Shown piece by piece: positions 9,598 to 18,449 of a stretch of 33,639 nucleotides of DNA (within the stretch, counting starts at the first letter, position 1; each line of letters begins with the position of its first letter). The DNA is from an uncultured cyanobacterium (GTDB taxonomy: Bacteria > Cyanobacteriota > Cyanobacteriia > Leptolyngbyales > Leptolyngbyaceae), in assembly GCA_963766075.1 (NCBI GenBank), contig CAVYAN010000078.1, positions 1 through 33,639 on the forward strand, in the 5' to 3' direction. The notes under the pieces are model-generated. The model was given only the letters and a program-made list of their open reading frames with translations. It made no database searches and had not been told where the DNA came from. A program made the position numbers and the translations under genes.

Positions 9598-10731
9598 CTA
9601 CGCGGCTGGATGGCAAATATCTGCTTGTAGGGCCATTTCTTGGGTAAGCGCCTGTTGGATGGCCTGCTGCATGACGGCGCGGATGGGGATGCCTTGATGG
9701 TGTAGGGAGAGCCAGCGTTGGGCTTCATTTCCCTCCCGCAATAGTTTTTTGATCGGCAAGAGGAAGCAGCTAAATCCAGCGGGTTTGGCGATGGTCCAAG
9801 CCTCGGCGTATAACTGTTCGATCCAGGTACGGGCGGTGAGGGGGCTGCCGTCCTGCCAGTGGTAAAGCTCTGCGTCCAAGCTATCCCGTGCCGCGGCTAG
9901 TTCATTGCGGCCAGTCAGAGCAATCATTTCATCGGGGGTCAATTGGCTCCGTTGGAGGGGGTCCAAGCTAGGATCAGCGATCGCCTGCAGCAGGCGGGCT
10001 TCCAACAGGGCTGTAATAGCCAGTAGGGCAATCGGGTCGATGACGAGATCGCAAATGCGAAGTTCCAGACGATTCAGGTTGTAGGGGCGGCGATCACCAT
10101 TGGGACGCACGGAGGACCATAGGTGGCGGACATTTTGCATGGTGCCGAGGTTGAGTTGGTCTTCGGTCCATTGAATAAAGTGAGCGTGACTGCTAAAGAG
10201 GGGAACGTGCTGGGGGGTTTGGGGAAACATGCGCCAGCGGGTGGAGTGGAAGCCTGTCGCGATGTCGTTGAGGAAGGGGGAGGATGCACTGAGGGCCAGG
10301 TAGAGGGGGGCTTCTAGGCGAATTAGGCGGCAGGCGCGCATCAGGACCTCTGGATCGCTAATGCCCACATTAATATGGATGCTGGCGGTGACGACCTTCG
10401 TCCCGTAGGTTTGTTCGATGTAGGTATGGTAGGGATTCGCCGGGTCGGAGCGGTGGAAGCGATCGCTTCCACCCAGGGACAGCGTGCTTCCCGGCAGAAT
10501 GGTATAGTCGCCGAGTTGGGTGAGATAGTCCCGTAGGCGCATGCGAGGGGTAACTAAGTCGCACAGGAGGCGTTCGTAGCGGTAGCAGGGTGGGGTGGTG
10601 TATTCGACATTGCGACTATCGGGCTCTCGAACAAAGCCGTCCAGGGCGGCAACAATCTTATCGGATAGGCCCACAACGTCTCCCTGGGGAGTACTCGTAT
10701 ACATCTCCACCTCAAACCCTTTGGACAGCAC
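9598..10731 (-). CDS. gshA: Glutamate--cysteine ligase, cyanobacterial type
   Basis: LSKGFEVEMYT, EPDSRNVEYTT, TASIHINVG, HLWSSVRPNG and NRLELRICD motifs. Confidence 0.9.
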   Translation of the reverse strand: MLSKGFEVEMYTSTPQGDVVGLSDKIVAALDGFVREPDSRNVEYTTPPCYRYERLLCDLVTPRMRLRDYLTQLGDYTILPGSTLSLGGSDRFHRSDPANPYHTYIEQTYGTKVVTASIHINVGISDPEVLMRACRLIRLEAPLYLALSASSPFLNDIATGFHSTRWRMFPQTPQHVPLFSSHAHFIQWTEDQLNLGTMQNVRHLWSSVRPNGDRRPYNLNRLELRICDLVIDPIALLAITALLEARLLQAIADPSLDPLQRSQLTPDEMIALTGRNELAAARDSLDAELYHWQDGSPLTARTWIEQLYAEAWTIAKPAGFSCFLLPIKKLLREGNEAQRWLSLHHQGIPIRAVMQQAIQQALTQEMALQADICHPAA

Positions 10732-10864
10732 GGCACTTTCTCCCGATCGCGAGTATTGCTTATCTAGTATCCGTGAAAAGTTGCGTGTCTTGTGGGAGCA
10801 GTGGGGTTTGGGTTAAGAGTTTCTTTTTTCTTAACCCTAAACAGAGTCAGCGTTTCCAGTCTTT

Positions 10865-10880
10865 TGTATTACGCGATACA
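10865..10880. promoter_or_regulatory. NtcA binding site between divergent gshA and amt
   Basis: Perfect TGTA-TTACGCGA-TACA (GTA-N8-TAC); imperfect -10-like TGGAAT 22 nt downstream on the + strand; amt is a classical NtcA target. Confidence 0.8.
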
Positions 10881-11295
10881 GAATCAATAGGGATAGATTG
10901 ATGGAATCATTAGATGTCAGTAATCGATTCAAGGTGATCGGTCAGTGATTCTAGGCCCCCGGTTCATCCGTATAGTCACTGTGGTTAGTCTGAATATTGC
11001 CCCTGTCTGCCGCCCCGATTAACCCCTTGTGATAGATGGCTAGGTCGGCCTCTAGGGTTCTTCGGCGGGATGGATTCTCCCTCAACAGTCCCTCCTTTGG
11101 GTGTGACCCTGTTTTTGTGTTCATTTGTTAAGGACTTTTCAGTAAAAATGACGAAATTTGCAACTCCTAGAAGGACAAAACCGCAGCGTCGCCGTCCGAC
11201 TTCTGGACTCAAGATGCTGCAAGGCTTTTTAAGATTCGGATCTGGAAAATCAGCGTCCTAATCGTTCCAAGGCGATCGCTCAAATTCTTGTTGCT

Positions 11296-12714
11296 TTGAG
11301 TATTCCTTTGGCCCTGCTGACCATTTTGGGCATGCTGTCGGGTCCATTGGCCGGGTCTGCTGTGGCCCAGGCTGCGGCTCCTGCGGCAGAAGCACCCAAG
11401 TTGGATACGGGAGATACCGCTTGGATGATTGTGTCCACGGCGCTGGTGTTGTTCATGACGCCGGGACTCGCCTTTTTCTACGGTGGGCTGGTGCGATCGC
11501 GCAATGTCCTCAACACCATGATGATGAGCTTCGTGGCTCTCGCAGTGGTTGGGGTAACCTGGATGCTCTGGGGCTACAGTCTCAGCTTTGATGTGGATTT
11601 AGCGCAGGGGCAAACGTTTGCCACAGGTGTGGAATCGATTATTGGTGGGCTGGCCTGGATGGGGCTGAATGGGGTCGCGTTTGATGCGGCTGACCCGATT
11701 GGCTATGCGCCGACGATTCCCCATCAGTTGTTCATGCTGTACCAAATGACGTTCGCCATTATCACGGTGGCGTTGGTCTCTGGTTCGATTGTGGAGCGGA
11801 TTAGCTTCAAAGCCTTTTTCTGGTTTGTGGTGCTCTGGTCCACCTTTGTGTACTGTCCTTTGGCCCACATGGTTTGGGGTCGGGGCCTGTTGGGGTCTTG
11901 GGGTGCCTTGGACTTTGCAGGTGGAACAGTTGTGCATATCAGCTCTGGGGTTTCGGCTCTGGTGGCGGCCTGGATGATTGGTCCTCGTAAGGATTGGATG
12001 GTGAAGCCTGCTATTCCCCACAATGTGCCATTTGTGTTGTTGGGCGTAGGGATGCTGTGGTTTGGCTGGTTTGGCTTTAACGGCGGTAGCGCCCTGGGTG
12101 CGGGTCCGTTGGCGACGGTGGCGATCGTGGCGACCACGGTAGCAACGGCGGCGGCAGGCTTCGCTTGGATGATTGCCGAATGGCTGATGCGCGGTAAGCC
12201 GACTGCTGTTGGTTTAGGCAGTGGATTCGTGGCTGGGCTGGTGGGTATCACCCCGGCAGCGGGCTTTGTCACCCCAACGGGGGCGCTGTTCGTTGGAGCT
12301 CTGACTTCTTTGGTGTGCTTCTTTGCGGTGAACTTGAAGGCCAAGCTGCAGTTTGATGATTCTCTGGATACGTTCCCGGTGCACGGGACCGGTGGTACGG
12401 TGGGAGCGCTGTTGACCGGTGTCTTTGCTACAAAGCTGGTGAATGGTGCAGGCAACAACGGTCTGTTGGGTGGGTTGTTTGGTGGTGAGGCCAATCCTGG
12501 CCAGCTCTGGACCCAGTTCATTGCCGTTGTTGTGGCGTGGGTGATTGCGGCGGTTGGAACCTTCGTGATTCTAAAAGTGCTCAACCTGTTTATGGATCTG
12601 CGTGTTGCGCCTCAGATTGAGGATGAAGGCTTGGATATTCACGAACATGGCGAAGGAGCCTATGGCGAAGAAGTCGTTGGCGAAATGGCTTTTGCCAATA
12701 AGAGTAGCCATTAG
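11296..12714 (+). CDS. amt: Ammonium transporter (Amt family); the true start may be ATG 11148 across a frameshift
   Basis: DTAWMIVSTALVLFMTPGLAFFYGG, DFAGGTVVH, WFGWFGFNGGS, twin His (VVH, PVH) and EGLDIHEHGE. Confidence 0.95.
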   Translation: MSIPLALLTILGMLSGPLAGSAVAQAAAPAAEAPKLDTGDTAWMIVSTALVLFMTPGLAFFYGGLVRSRNVLNTMMMSFVALAVVGVTWMLWGYSLSFDVDLAQGQTFATGVESIIGGLAWMGLNGVAFDAADPIGYAPTIPHQLFMLYQMTFAIITVALVSGSIVERISFKAFFWFVVLWSTFVYCPLAHMVWGRGLLGSWGALDFAGGTVVHISSGVSALVAAWMIGPRKDWMVKPAIPHNVPFVLLGVGMLWFGWFGFNGGSALGAGPLATVAIVATTVATAAAGFAWMIAEWLMRGKPTAVGLGSGFVAGLVGITPAAGFVTPTGALFVGALTSLVCFFAVNLKAKLQFDDSLDTFPVHGTGGTVGALLTGVFATKLVNGAGNNGLLGGLFGGEANPGQLWTQFIAVVVAWVIAAVGTFVILKVLNLFMDLRVAPQIEDEGLDIHEHGEGAYGEEVVGEMAFANKSSH

Positions 12715-12811
12715 ATTTTGGATTTTGGGTCGAGTCATCCTAGTTTGGGGGGGTAGCCCTATTTACTAGGGGGTTTAAATCTGAAATTCACTGTTCTGAA
12801 GTCAGGCTTGG

Positions 12812-12878
12812 TGATCGGGGCAGGATGGGAGCGGCGGCTCGGGGTTTCCGAGGGCTGCGATCTATCCTGCCCCGATTG
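12812..12878 (+). terminator. Long stem-loop in the amt 3' region
   Basis: ATCGGGGCAGGATGG pairs with CTATCCTGCCCCGAT, enclosing a CTCGG/CCGAG inner stem. Confidence 0.65.
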
Positions 12879-12983
12879 GTTTATTGAGGATCTTGGGGTT
12901 GGTTTGTTCGAGATTAAGATTGGCAGGTGAGATTTCGGAGGTAAAAGAAGCCGTCCCTAAGTTCTGACTGCCAGTATAATCAG

Positions 12984-13910
12984 GTGCAAAACCACGGTAG
13001 GTGGAAGCGCGTGTCTAAACCTTCAGGCAAACGGGTGCGTTGGGCGATCGCCTCAGCCGCGATGACCGGAGTGCTGACTCTGGGGACGGTGCTGTTCTAT
13101 GGAGATAGCCTATTGTCGCTATGTCAGCGTTTTGGCTTAGGGCTGGGTATGGGGCTGTGGCCGGGAAGTCGGCTTTGGCAGGGTAATGCTTCATCAGCGC
13201 AGATGCCTGTGCTGGTTACGCCAGAGCCTGATCTAGGCCCGCGCTTACAACTGAACTATGACCAGTGGGTGGCACTGCTGCACCGAGAAGCGCAAGTGAT
13301 GGCGGCAGATCGTCCAGCGCGATTGGCGGTGTTAGCGGGGGATTCCTTAAGTCTGTGGTTTCCGGCGGAACTGCTGCCCCAGGGGATGACCTGGCTGAAT
13401 CAGGGCATTTCAGGGGAGACGTCAGCGGGGCTGCTACGTCGCCTGGATTTATTCGATCAAACCCGGCCCCACACTATTTTTGTGATGGTGGGGATTAATG
13501 ATTTGATCCGGGGTGTTGGCCCCACGACGATAGTGGCGAATACAGATGCGATGATTCGGCATTTGCGGGCGGTACATCCGCGATCGCGGATTGTGGTGCA
13601 GTCGATTTTGCCCCATGGCGATCGAGCCATTATCTTGCAGCAGCGGGATGGTCGGGGTACCCCCGTGTGGGCCGATGCGCTGCTCACGATTTCCAATGGG
13701 GAAATTCGGGCTTTGAACGATCGCCTTGCCCAACTGGCCCGGGTTCAAGGCGCTGATTACTTAGATCTCCATTCTGCATTCGCGACAGATGATGGGATGC
13801 TACGTCCCGAATTGACCACAGATGGATTGCATTTGAGTCCACAGGGGTATGGGGTATGGCGATCGCGCTTGGCTGTATACGTGACTCAGAAGGGTACAGA
13901 ACGGAATTAA
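12984..13910 (+). CDS. SGNH/GDSL-family hydrolase with N-terminal membrane anchor
   Basis: GDSL (LAGDSLS), NQGISG, GIND and DGLH blocks. Confidence 0.9.
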   Translation: MQNHGRWKRVSKPSGKRVRWAIASAAMTGVLTLGTVLFYGDSLLSLCQRFGLGLGMGLWPGSRLWQGNASSAQMPVLVTPEPDLGPRLQLNYDQWVALLHREAQVMAADRPARLAVLAGDSLSLWFPAELLPQGMTWLNQGISGETSAGLLRRLDLFDQTRPHTIFVMVGINDLIRGVGPTTIVANTDAMIRHLRAVHPRSRIVVQSILPHGDRAIILQQRDGRGTPVWADALLTISNGEIRALNDRLAQLARVQGADYLDLHSAFATDDGMLRPELTTDGLHLSPQGYGVWRSRLAVYVTQKGTERN

Positions 13911-14686
13911 TTGGGCCGATTGGTAGAAGAGGTCGGCAGGGGTGAGGGTGGCCATTGCCAAAACTGTAGTGGGTGCGGGAAGAATGGGGCCGCGATCGCC
14001 CCAACAAATCCGACAGCGGGTACCAGTAAACGCACATCCCATGGGTTGGTTGGGTCTAGGGTGGGAGCGCGCAGAATGTGGGGCTTTCCCTGGTCGATGG
14101 CTAATTCCACGGTGTCTAAGCCACCGATGCCGTGGGCGATCGCCTTCAAAATGGCCTCTTTTATGGTCCAGTATTGAAAAAATGCCTGGGGCTGTTGCTC
14201 TGGGGCGAGGGCCTGAATGGCTTGGTGTTCTGAGGGCGCAAAAAACCGTTGGGTGAGTTGCGATAAATCACTTAGTGGGCGGATCTGTTCTAAATCAATG
14301 CCTATGGCCTGATTCAGGGTCACTGCACACAGCATCAAATCCTCAGAATGGGACAGGTTGAATTCCAGGGGCGCTAGGCCGAGTGGATGGGCCAGGACTG
14401 GCTTACCTTGGGGAGTGTAGGAAAACCGGATCTGGGCAGGATCGTGTGCGAGGTAGCGTCCTAAGAGGGTGCGCAGGATCCCACGGGCAGCGATCGCCCG
14501 CTGTCGATGCTGTGGCAGGCGGTAACGATCAGCCCGAGATCGCTCATCGCGGGCTAAAATCTGCCAATAACGATCGCGCTGTTGGTCGGTGAGGGTGAGG
14601 GGCGATCGCCAAATGTGAATTTCACCGGACACCAGGGTGAGATCGGTTGGAGGTAATTGCCACTGGGGGGTGAGGGGCGATCGCAC
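13907..14686 (-). CDS. 4'-phosphopantetheinyl transferase (Sfp/HetI type)
   Basis: GKP, FNLSHS, IGIDLE and FFQYWTIKEAILKA motifs. Confidence 0.93.
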   Translation of the reverse strand: MRSPLTPQWQLPPTDLTLVSGEIHIWRSPLTLTDQQRDRYWQILARDERSRADRYRLPQHRQRAIAARGILRTLLGRYLAHDPAQIRFSYTPQGKPVLAHPLGLAPLEFNLSHSEDLMLCAVTLNQAIGIDLEQIRPLSDLSQLTQRFFAPSEHQAIQALAPEQQPQAFFQYWTIKEAILKAIAHGIGGLDTVELAIDQGKPHILRAPTLDPTNPWDVRLLVPAVGFVGAIAAPFFPHPLQFWQWPPSPLPTSSTNRPN

Positions 14687-14719
14687 AGTTTAGCCATCTC
14701 CGCACAGGAATTTCCAATA

Positions 14720-14745
14720 AAAAAGAGGTCTATAGACCTCTTTTT
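14720..14745 (-). terminator. Terminator of apcABC
   Basis: Perfect 26-bp palindrome AAAAAGAGGTCTATAGACCTCTTTTT. Confidence 0.85.
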
Positions 14746-14780
14746 CAATCTATCCGTTCCAACTAAAAAACAAGGCTGGC

Positions 14781-14984
14781 TTACAGTAGACCGGTATTAG
14801 AACCCGGCTTACCTGTCGCGAGCTGAACCTTAATAATTTTGCCACCCATTTTTTGGATGCGCTGTTGCTCACGGAACCAGTTGTCGTAGGGGACTAGCTT
14901 CGTGAAAAAGGTATTTTGTAGTTCCCGCTGCGTGCGTGTCCGAGTCAAGCTAGGAACACAGGCAGTAATCTTAAACATGCGCAT
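14781..14984 (-). CDS. apcC: Phycobilisome 7.8 kDa core linker
   Basis: MRMFKITACVPS...RELQNTFFTKLVPYDNWFREQQRIQKMGGKI, 67 aa, downstream of apcB. Confidence 0.97.
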   Translation of the reverse strand: MRMFKITACVPSLTRTRTQRELQNTFFTKLVPYDNWFREQQRIQKMGGKIIKVQLATGKPGSNTGLL

Positions 14985-15361
14985 AGGGGTGAAATCTCCG
15001 GAGTAGACGAGGAAATTTTTGATGTGAAGTTTGATGTGAAGCGACTTGGGTAATTCTTAGATTAAGGCTTTTTGTACGATCTGTTTTTGTGCGATCCGTA
15101 CAGTGTTCCTAAAGATTTGCCCAGACTTTAGCTTTGTATACAACTACAGTCCGCCAAATTAGCCCGCCAAATCAGCGATAGATGGGCCGTTTTAGGAGCA
15201 GGATCGGTAGTCAGGTGCAAGACCTAGATCACTCAAACTCGGCTAATAACCAGTCTTTAGCAAGCTAGGAGAGACGCCAGACTCCCGATCCTTCAAGAAC
15301 TTTGAGCAAACAGCCCGTCATATTAGGCGTCGCTCAAGTTGGTTTTGCTTAAACCCGTGGC

Positions 15362-15847
15362 CTAGCTCAAACCAGAGGAGATGTAGTCGAAGTATACGCC
15401 CATTTCCTTACCGGCATCAGCACCCACCAGGGAGGCGGTTACTTCTTTCATTGCTTGGATGGCTTGAACGGTAGCACCCACAGGTACACCCAGGGAGTTG
15501 TAGGTTTCTTTCAAACCGTTGAGAACGCGCTCATCCAAGATGGAAGGGTCGCCAGCCAACATAGCATAGGTGGCATAGCGCAGGTAGTAGTCGAGGTCAC
15601 GGATGCAAGCAGCATAGCGACGGGTGGTGTACATGTTGCCGCCGGGACGGGTGATATCCGAGTACAACAGGGACTTAGCCACTGCTTCTTTGACGATCGC
15701 AGCTGCATTGGCGCTGATGGTGCTAGCGGCACGCACGCGCAGTTCACCGGTAGCGAAGTAGCCTTTGAGCTTGGACAGAGCCGAGCTGTCCAGGTACTTA
15801 CCCTGAACATCAGAGGAGTTAATAACGGAAGTAATTGCGTCTTGCAT
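15362..15847 (-). CDS. apcB: Allophycocyanin beta subunit
   Basis: [20 protein letters not shown]...[16 protein letters not shown], 161 aa. Confidence 0.98.
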   Translation of the reverse strand: MQDAITSVINSSDVQGKYLDSSALSKLKGYFATGELRVRAASTISANAAAIVKEAVAKSLLYSDITRPGGNMYTTRRYAACIRDLDYYLRYATYAMLAGDPSILDERVLNGLKETYNSLGVPVGATVQAIQAMKEVTASLVGADAGKEMGVYFDYISSGLS

Positions 15848-15981
15848 GGTTGATTTCCTTAAAAAAAATCGCGTAAAGGTTCAAAAGGCTGAATTGGAGT
15901 TTGAAGTTCAGGGCTTTGGCTTCTAGGGTCAAAAAGTTTTCGATCGCCCGCGGCTGCAGACCTGACATCGCCCACCGAGTC

Positions 15982-16467
15982 CTAGCTCATTGCGCCGATG
16001 ATGTAATCAAAGTAAGCGCCAGCTTCCGAAGCATCTTCGCCAGACATCAAGGAGGTAGCCACGCTCTTCATTGCGCGCACACCCTCGACGATAGCCGGGA
16101 TGGGGGTGCCCAAGGAGTTGTACATTTCCTTGACGCCCACAATACCGATTTCTTCGATGGGGGTAACATCGCCGGAAACCACACCGTAGGTGACGAGACG
16201 CAGGTAGTAGTCCAAGTCACGCAGGCAGGTTGCGGTCATTTCTTCGCCGTAGGCATTGCCACCGGGAGAAACCACATCGGGACGCTTTTGAAACAGTTGG
16301 TCGCCGGCTTGCTTGACGATGCGCTCACGAGCACCGGCCAGGGTTTCAGCGATGCGCAGGCGCTTTTCACCGGTGGTGACAAAGCCTTTGATCCGGTCGA
16401 GCTCACCAGGGCTGAGGTAACGGGCTTCAGCGTCGGCATTCACGATGGACTTCGTGACAATACTCAT
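15982..16467 (-). CDS. apcA: Allophycocyanin alpha subunit
   Basis: [23 protein letters not shown]...TATCLRD, 161 aa, GGAGG RBS. Confidence 0.98.
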   Translation of the reverse strand: MSIVTKSIVNADAEARYLSPGELDRIKGFVTTGEKRLRIAETLAGARERIVKQAGDQLFQKRPDVVSPGGNAYGEEMTATCLRDLDYYLRLVTYGVVSGDVTPIEEIGIVGVKEMYNSLGTPIPAIVEGVRAMKSVATSLMSGEDASEAGAYFDYIIGAMS

Positions 16468-16710
16468 TGATGGATTCCTCCAGAAGGATTGTAACTAATT
16501 GTGTTTAAAGGGGAATTCCCAATAATTTAGGTCGGGAAGTCTTTGGGTGAGGGGTGAAGCAATCTGGCCCCACCATCACGAAACCCCACATCCTGCGGCA
16601 TTCATTGAATCTTTGTGATAAGATCCCTTCCGCACAAACAGGAGAGGAGCCCTAGGACTAAATTGACCTGTGTGATTATTGTGCGGCATTGGGTTGACCG
16701 CTCAAAAACG

Positions 16711-16740
16711 CTTGCAATACTTCGTAACATTTTTGTTCAT
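16711..16740 (-). promoter_or_regulatory. HLR1-like (RpaB-type) imperfect direct repeats upstream of apcA
   Basis: Minus strand TGAACAAA-AAT-GTTACGAA-GT-ATTGCAAG resembles (G/T)TTACA(T/A)(T/A) repeats at about 10-11 bp period. Confidence 0.4.
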
Positions 16741-17082
16741 TTTTCAGATGGTGATCATCCAGTCCAGGCACTTTTGCATTTGGGCTTTAAGGGTGAAGCG
16801 ATCGCCTTGAAACCTCTGCCCATGGCCCGGTAGCACCCATTCAAAATGGCCGCGGGTATGGCCGGGGGTAGGAATGATCAGCAGATCTGGATGATTCTCC
16901 AAGGGGATGGGTTCCATTCCGGTAATTGGGTGTTCGATTGCCGCCGTGCCCTTCAGTCGAAATGAGACTGTTCGGTGGATTTATCCCAGCTATAGTCCCA
17001 GTGGTTGTGGTGCTGAGTATCATCTTCTTCCCTCTACCGCTGCGGCCATAGATACGCTAACCTGTGCAGCAGAGTCATTATC

Positions 17083-17142
17083 TGGCCACACCAAAGATGG
17101 CCACACCAAGGATGGCTACACCAAAAATGGCTACACCGAATC
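17083..17142. repeat. 4 x 15-bp degenerate tandem repeat (TGGCYACACCRA...)
   Basis: Units start at 17083, 17098, 17113 and 17128. Confidence 0.9.
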
Positions 17143-17155
17143 TCCATAGAGTTCT

Positions 17156-17629
17156 ATGACACTTTCCATTTCCCTCACCGCTGATACATTGAATGCGCTG
17201 GACCTATCGCCTGTGACCGAAGTGATAGAGCCGTGGCTGGCGGCGGGACATGTGACCAGCCAAGAACAGCAGATCCAGTTTGCGATCGCCTATCCCCAAG
17301 AACCTGGCGATCCACGGGAACTCCCCGAAATTCCTGAGATTCGGCTGTGGTTTGTCCGACTGGATGCGCTCTATCCGTGGTTGCCCTTTGTGCTGAACTG
17401 GCAGGCGGGCGAACTGGCGCGCTATACAGCAATGTTAGTGCCCCACCAATTTCATCCGAAGGAGGGCGTGATTTACAACCCGGAAGCTCTGGAAATTTTT
17501 GTCATGAGTAAGGTATTTACTTTGGCGGATTGGCTGCGGCAGCAGGGAGTTGAAGGCACATCCCGATTGCGGGCCATGACTCAAATGCTGGGGTATGAGC
17601 TGGACGATAGTTTTTTTGAATTCCTGTAG
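17156..17629 (+). CDS. CRR6-family NDH-1 (NdhI) maturation factor
   Basis: DPRELPEIPEIRLWFVRLDALYPWLP, GELARYTAMLVPHQF and YNPEALEIF motifs. Confidence 0.88.
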   Translation: MTLSISLTADTLNALDLSPVTEVIEPWLAAGHVTSQEQQIQFAIAYPQEPGDPRELPEIPEIRLWFVRLDALYPWLPFVLNWQAGELARYTAMLVPHQFHPKEGVIYNPEALEIFVMSKVFTLADWLRQQGVEGTSRLRAMTQMLGYELDDSFFEFL

Positions 17630-17694
17630 GGTATCAAGTTAAAAATGAAAAATATCTGTCAGCCAGGAATCTCCAAATTTTTAATTTTGCATTT

Positions 17695-18282
17695 TTAATT
17701 TTTAATTGACTTTAAAATCCAATCCACGGCCTGTGCCAAATCGGTAGCAATGTAGTCTGGTTGGGTCTGGTGCTGGTATTGGCCACTGAGGACGCGATCG
17801 CCGTAGCCCGTCTGAACCAAAATTCCGGTGCACCCAGCATTATGGGCCAGATCGACATCGGTAGCTTTATCGCCCACCATAAAGCTGCGGGGAATGTCTA
17901 AATCGTGTTCCCATGCGGCGGCCACGAGCATGCCAGTATTGGGTTTGCGCCAGGTGCTCCATCGGGTGTAGGCTGGGTCGATACCGCCTTCAGGGGCGCT
18001 AAGGTAAGGGCAGTAATAGAGCGCATCTAAATGGGCGGCGGCTTCTTGGTCCAGCAGGGTAATCAGGCGATCATGCAGGGCGTCTACATGGCTGGCTGGG
18101 TAGAAGCCGCGAGCCGGTCCTGCTTGGTTGGACACGAGGCAACAAAATAAACCAGCCTCGTTCAACCGGCGGACGGCTGGGGCAACTCCTGGGATCAAGT
18201 TTAAATCCTCCAGACGGTGGACGTAGCCGACTTCGACATTGAGTACGCCATCCCGATCTAAAAATACTGCCCGTTTTGCCAT
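17695..18282 (-). CDS. HAD-IIIA phosphatase, GmhB/histidinol-phosphatase-like (alternative start 18291)
   Basis: FLDRDGVLN, SNQAG, RKPNTGM and MVGDKATD motifs. Confidence 0.9.
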   Translation of the reverse strand: MAKRAVFLDRDGVLNVEVGYVHRLEDLNLIPGVAPAVRRLNEAGLFCCLVSNQAGPARGFYPASHVDALHDRLITLLDQEAAAHLDALYYCPYLSAPEGGIDPAYTRWSTWRKPNTGMLVAAAWEHDLDIPRSFMVGDKATDVDLAHNAGCTGILVQTGYGDRVLSGQYQHQTQPDYIATDLAQAVDWILKSIKN

Positions 18283-18404
18283 AAATTCCATCCCTGACTT
18301 GCCACTTTACACCCTACTCCAGCTTGACGGGAATGGGTCATCAATTTGTATTTCATCAATTTTGCCAGCCCGTAATTTCGTCAGCCCGTGGAACTAGGCC
18401 CGAC

Positions 18405-18449
18405 TGCCCTAAGTCCGACTCATCTAGATACGACTCATCCAAATACGAC
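18405..18449. repeat. 3 x 15-bp progressively diverged duplication containing the purU stop codon
   Basis: TCATCCAAATACGAC / TCATCTAGATACGAC / TGCCCTAAGTCCGAC. Confidence 0.75.

Noticed and set aside
10900..11150. Glutamine riboswitch in the amt leader
   Set aside because: The CGUUCA...GGAAG...GAAGGAACG core could not be found.
13907..14686. PPTase as a marker of an NRPS/PKS cluster
   Set aside because: No carrier-protein or synthase genes are nearby; most likely the housekeeping Sfp-type enzyme.
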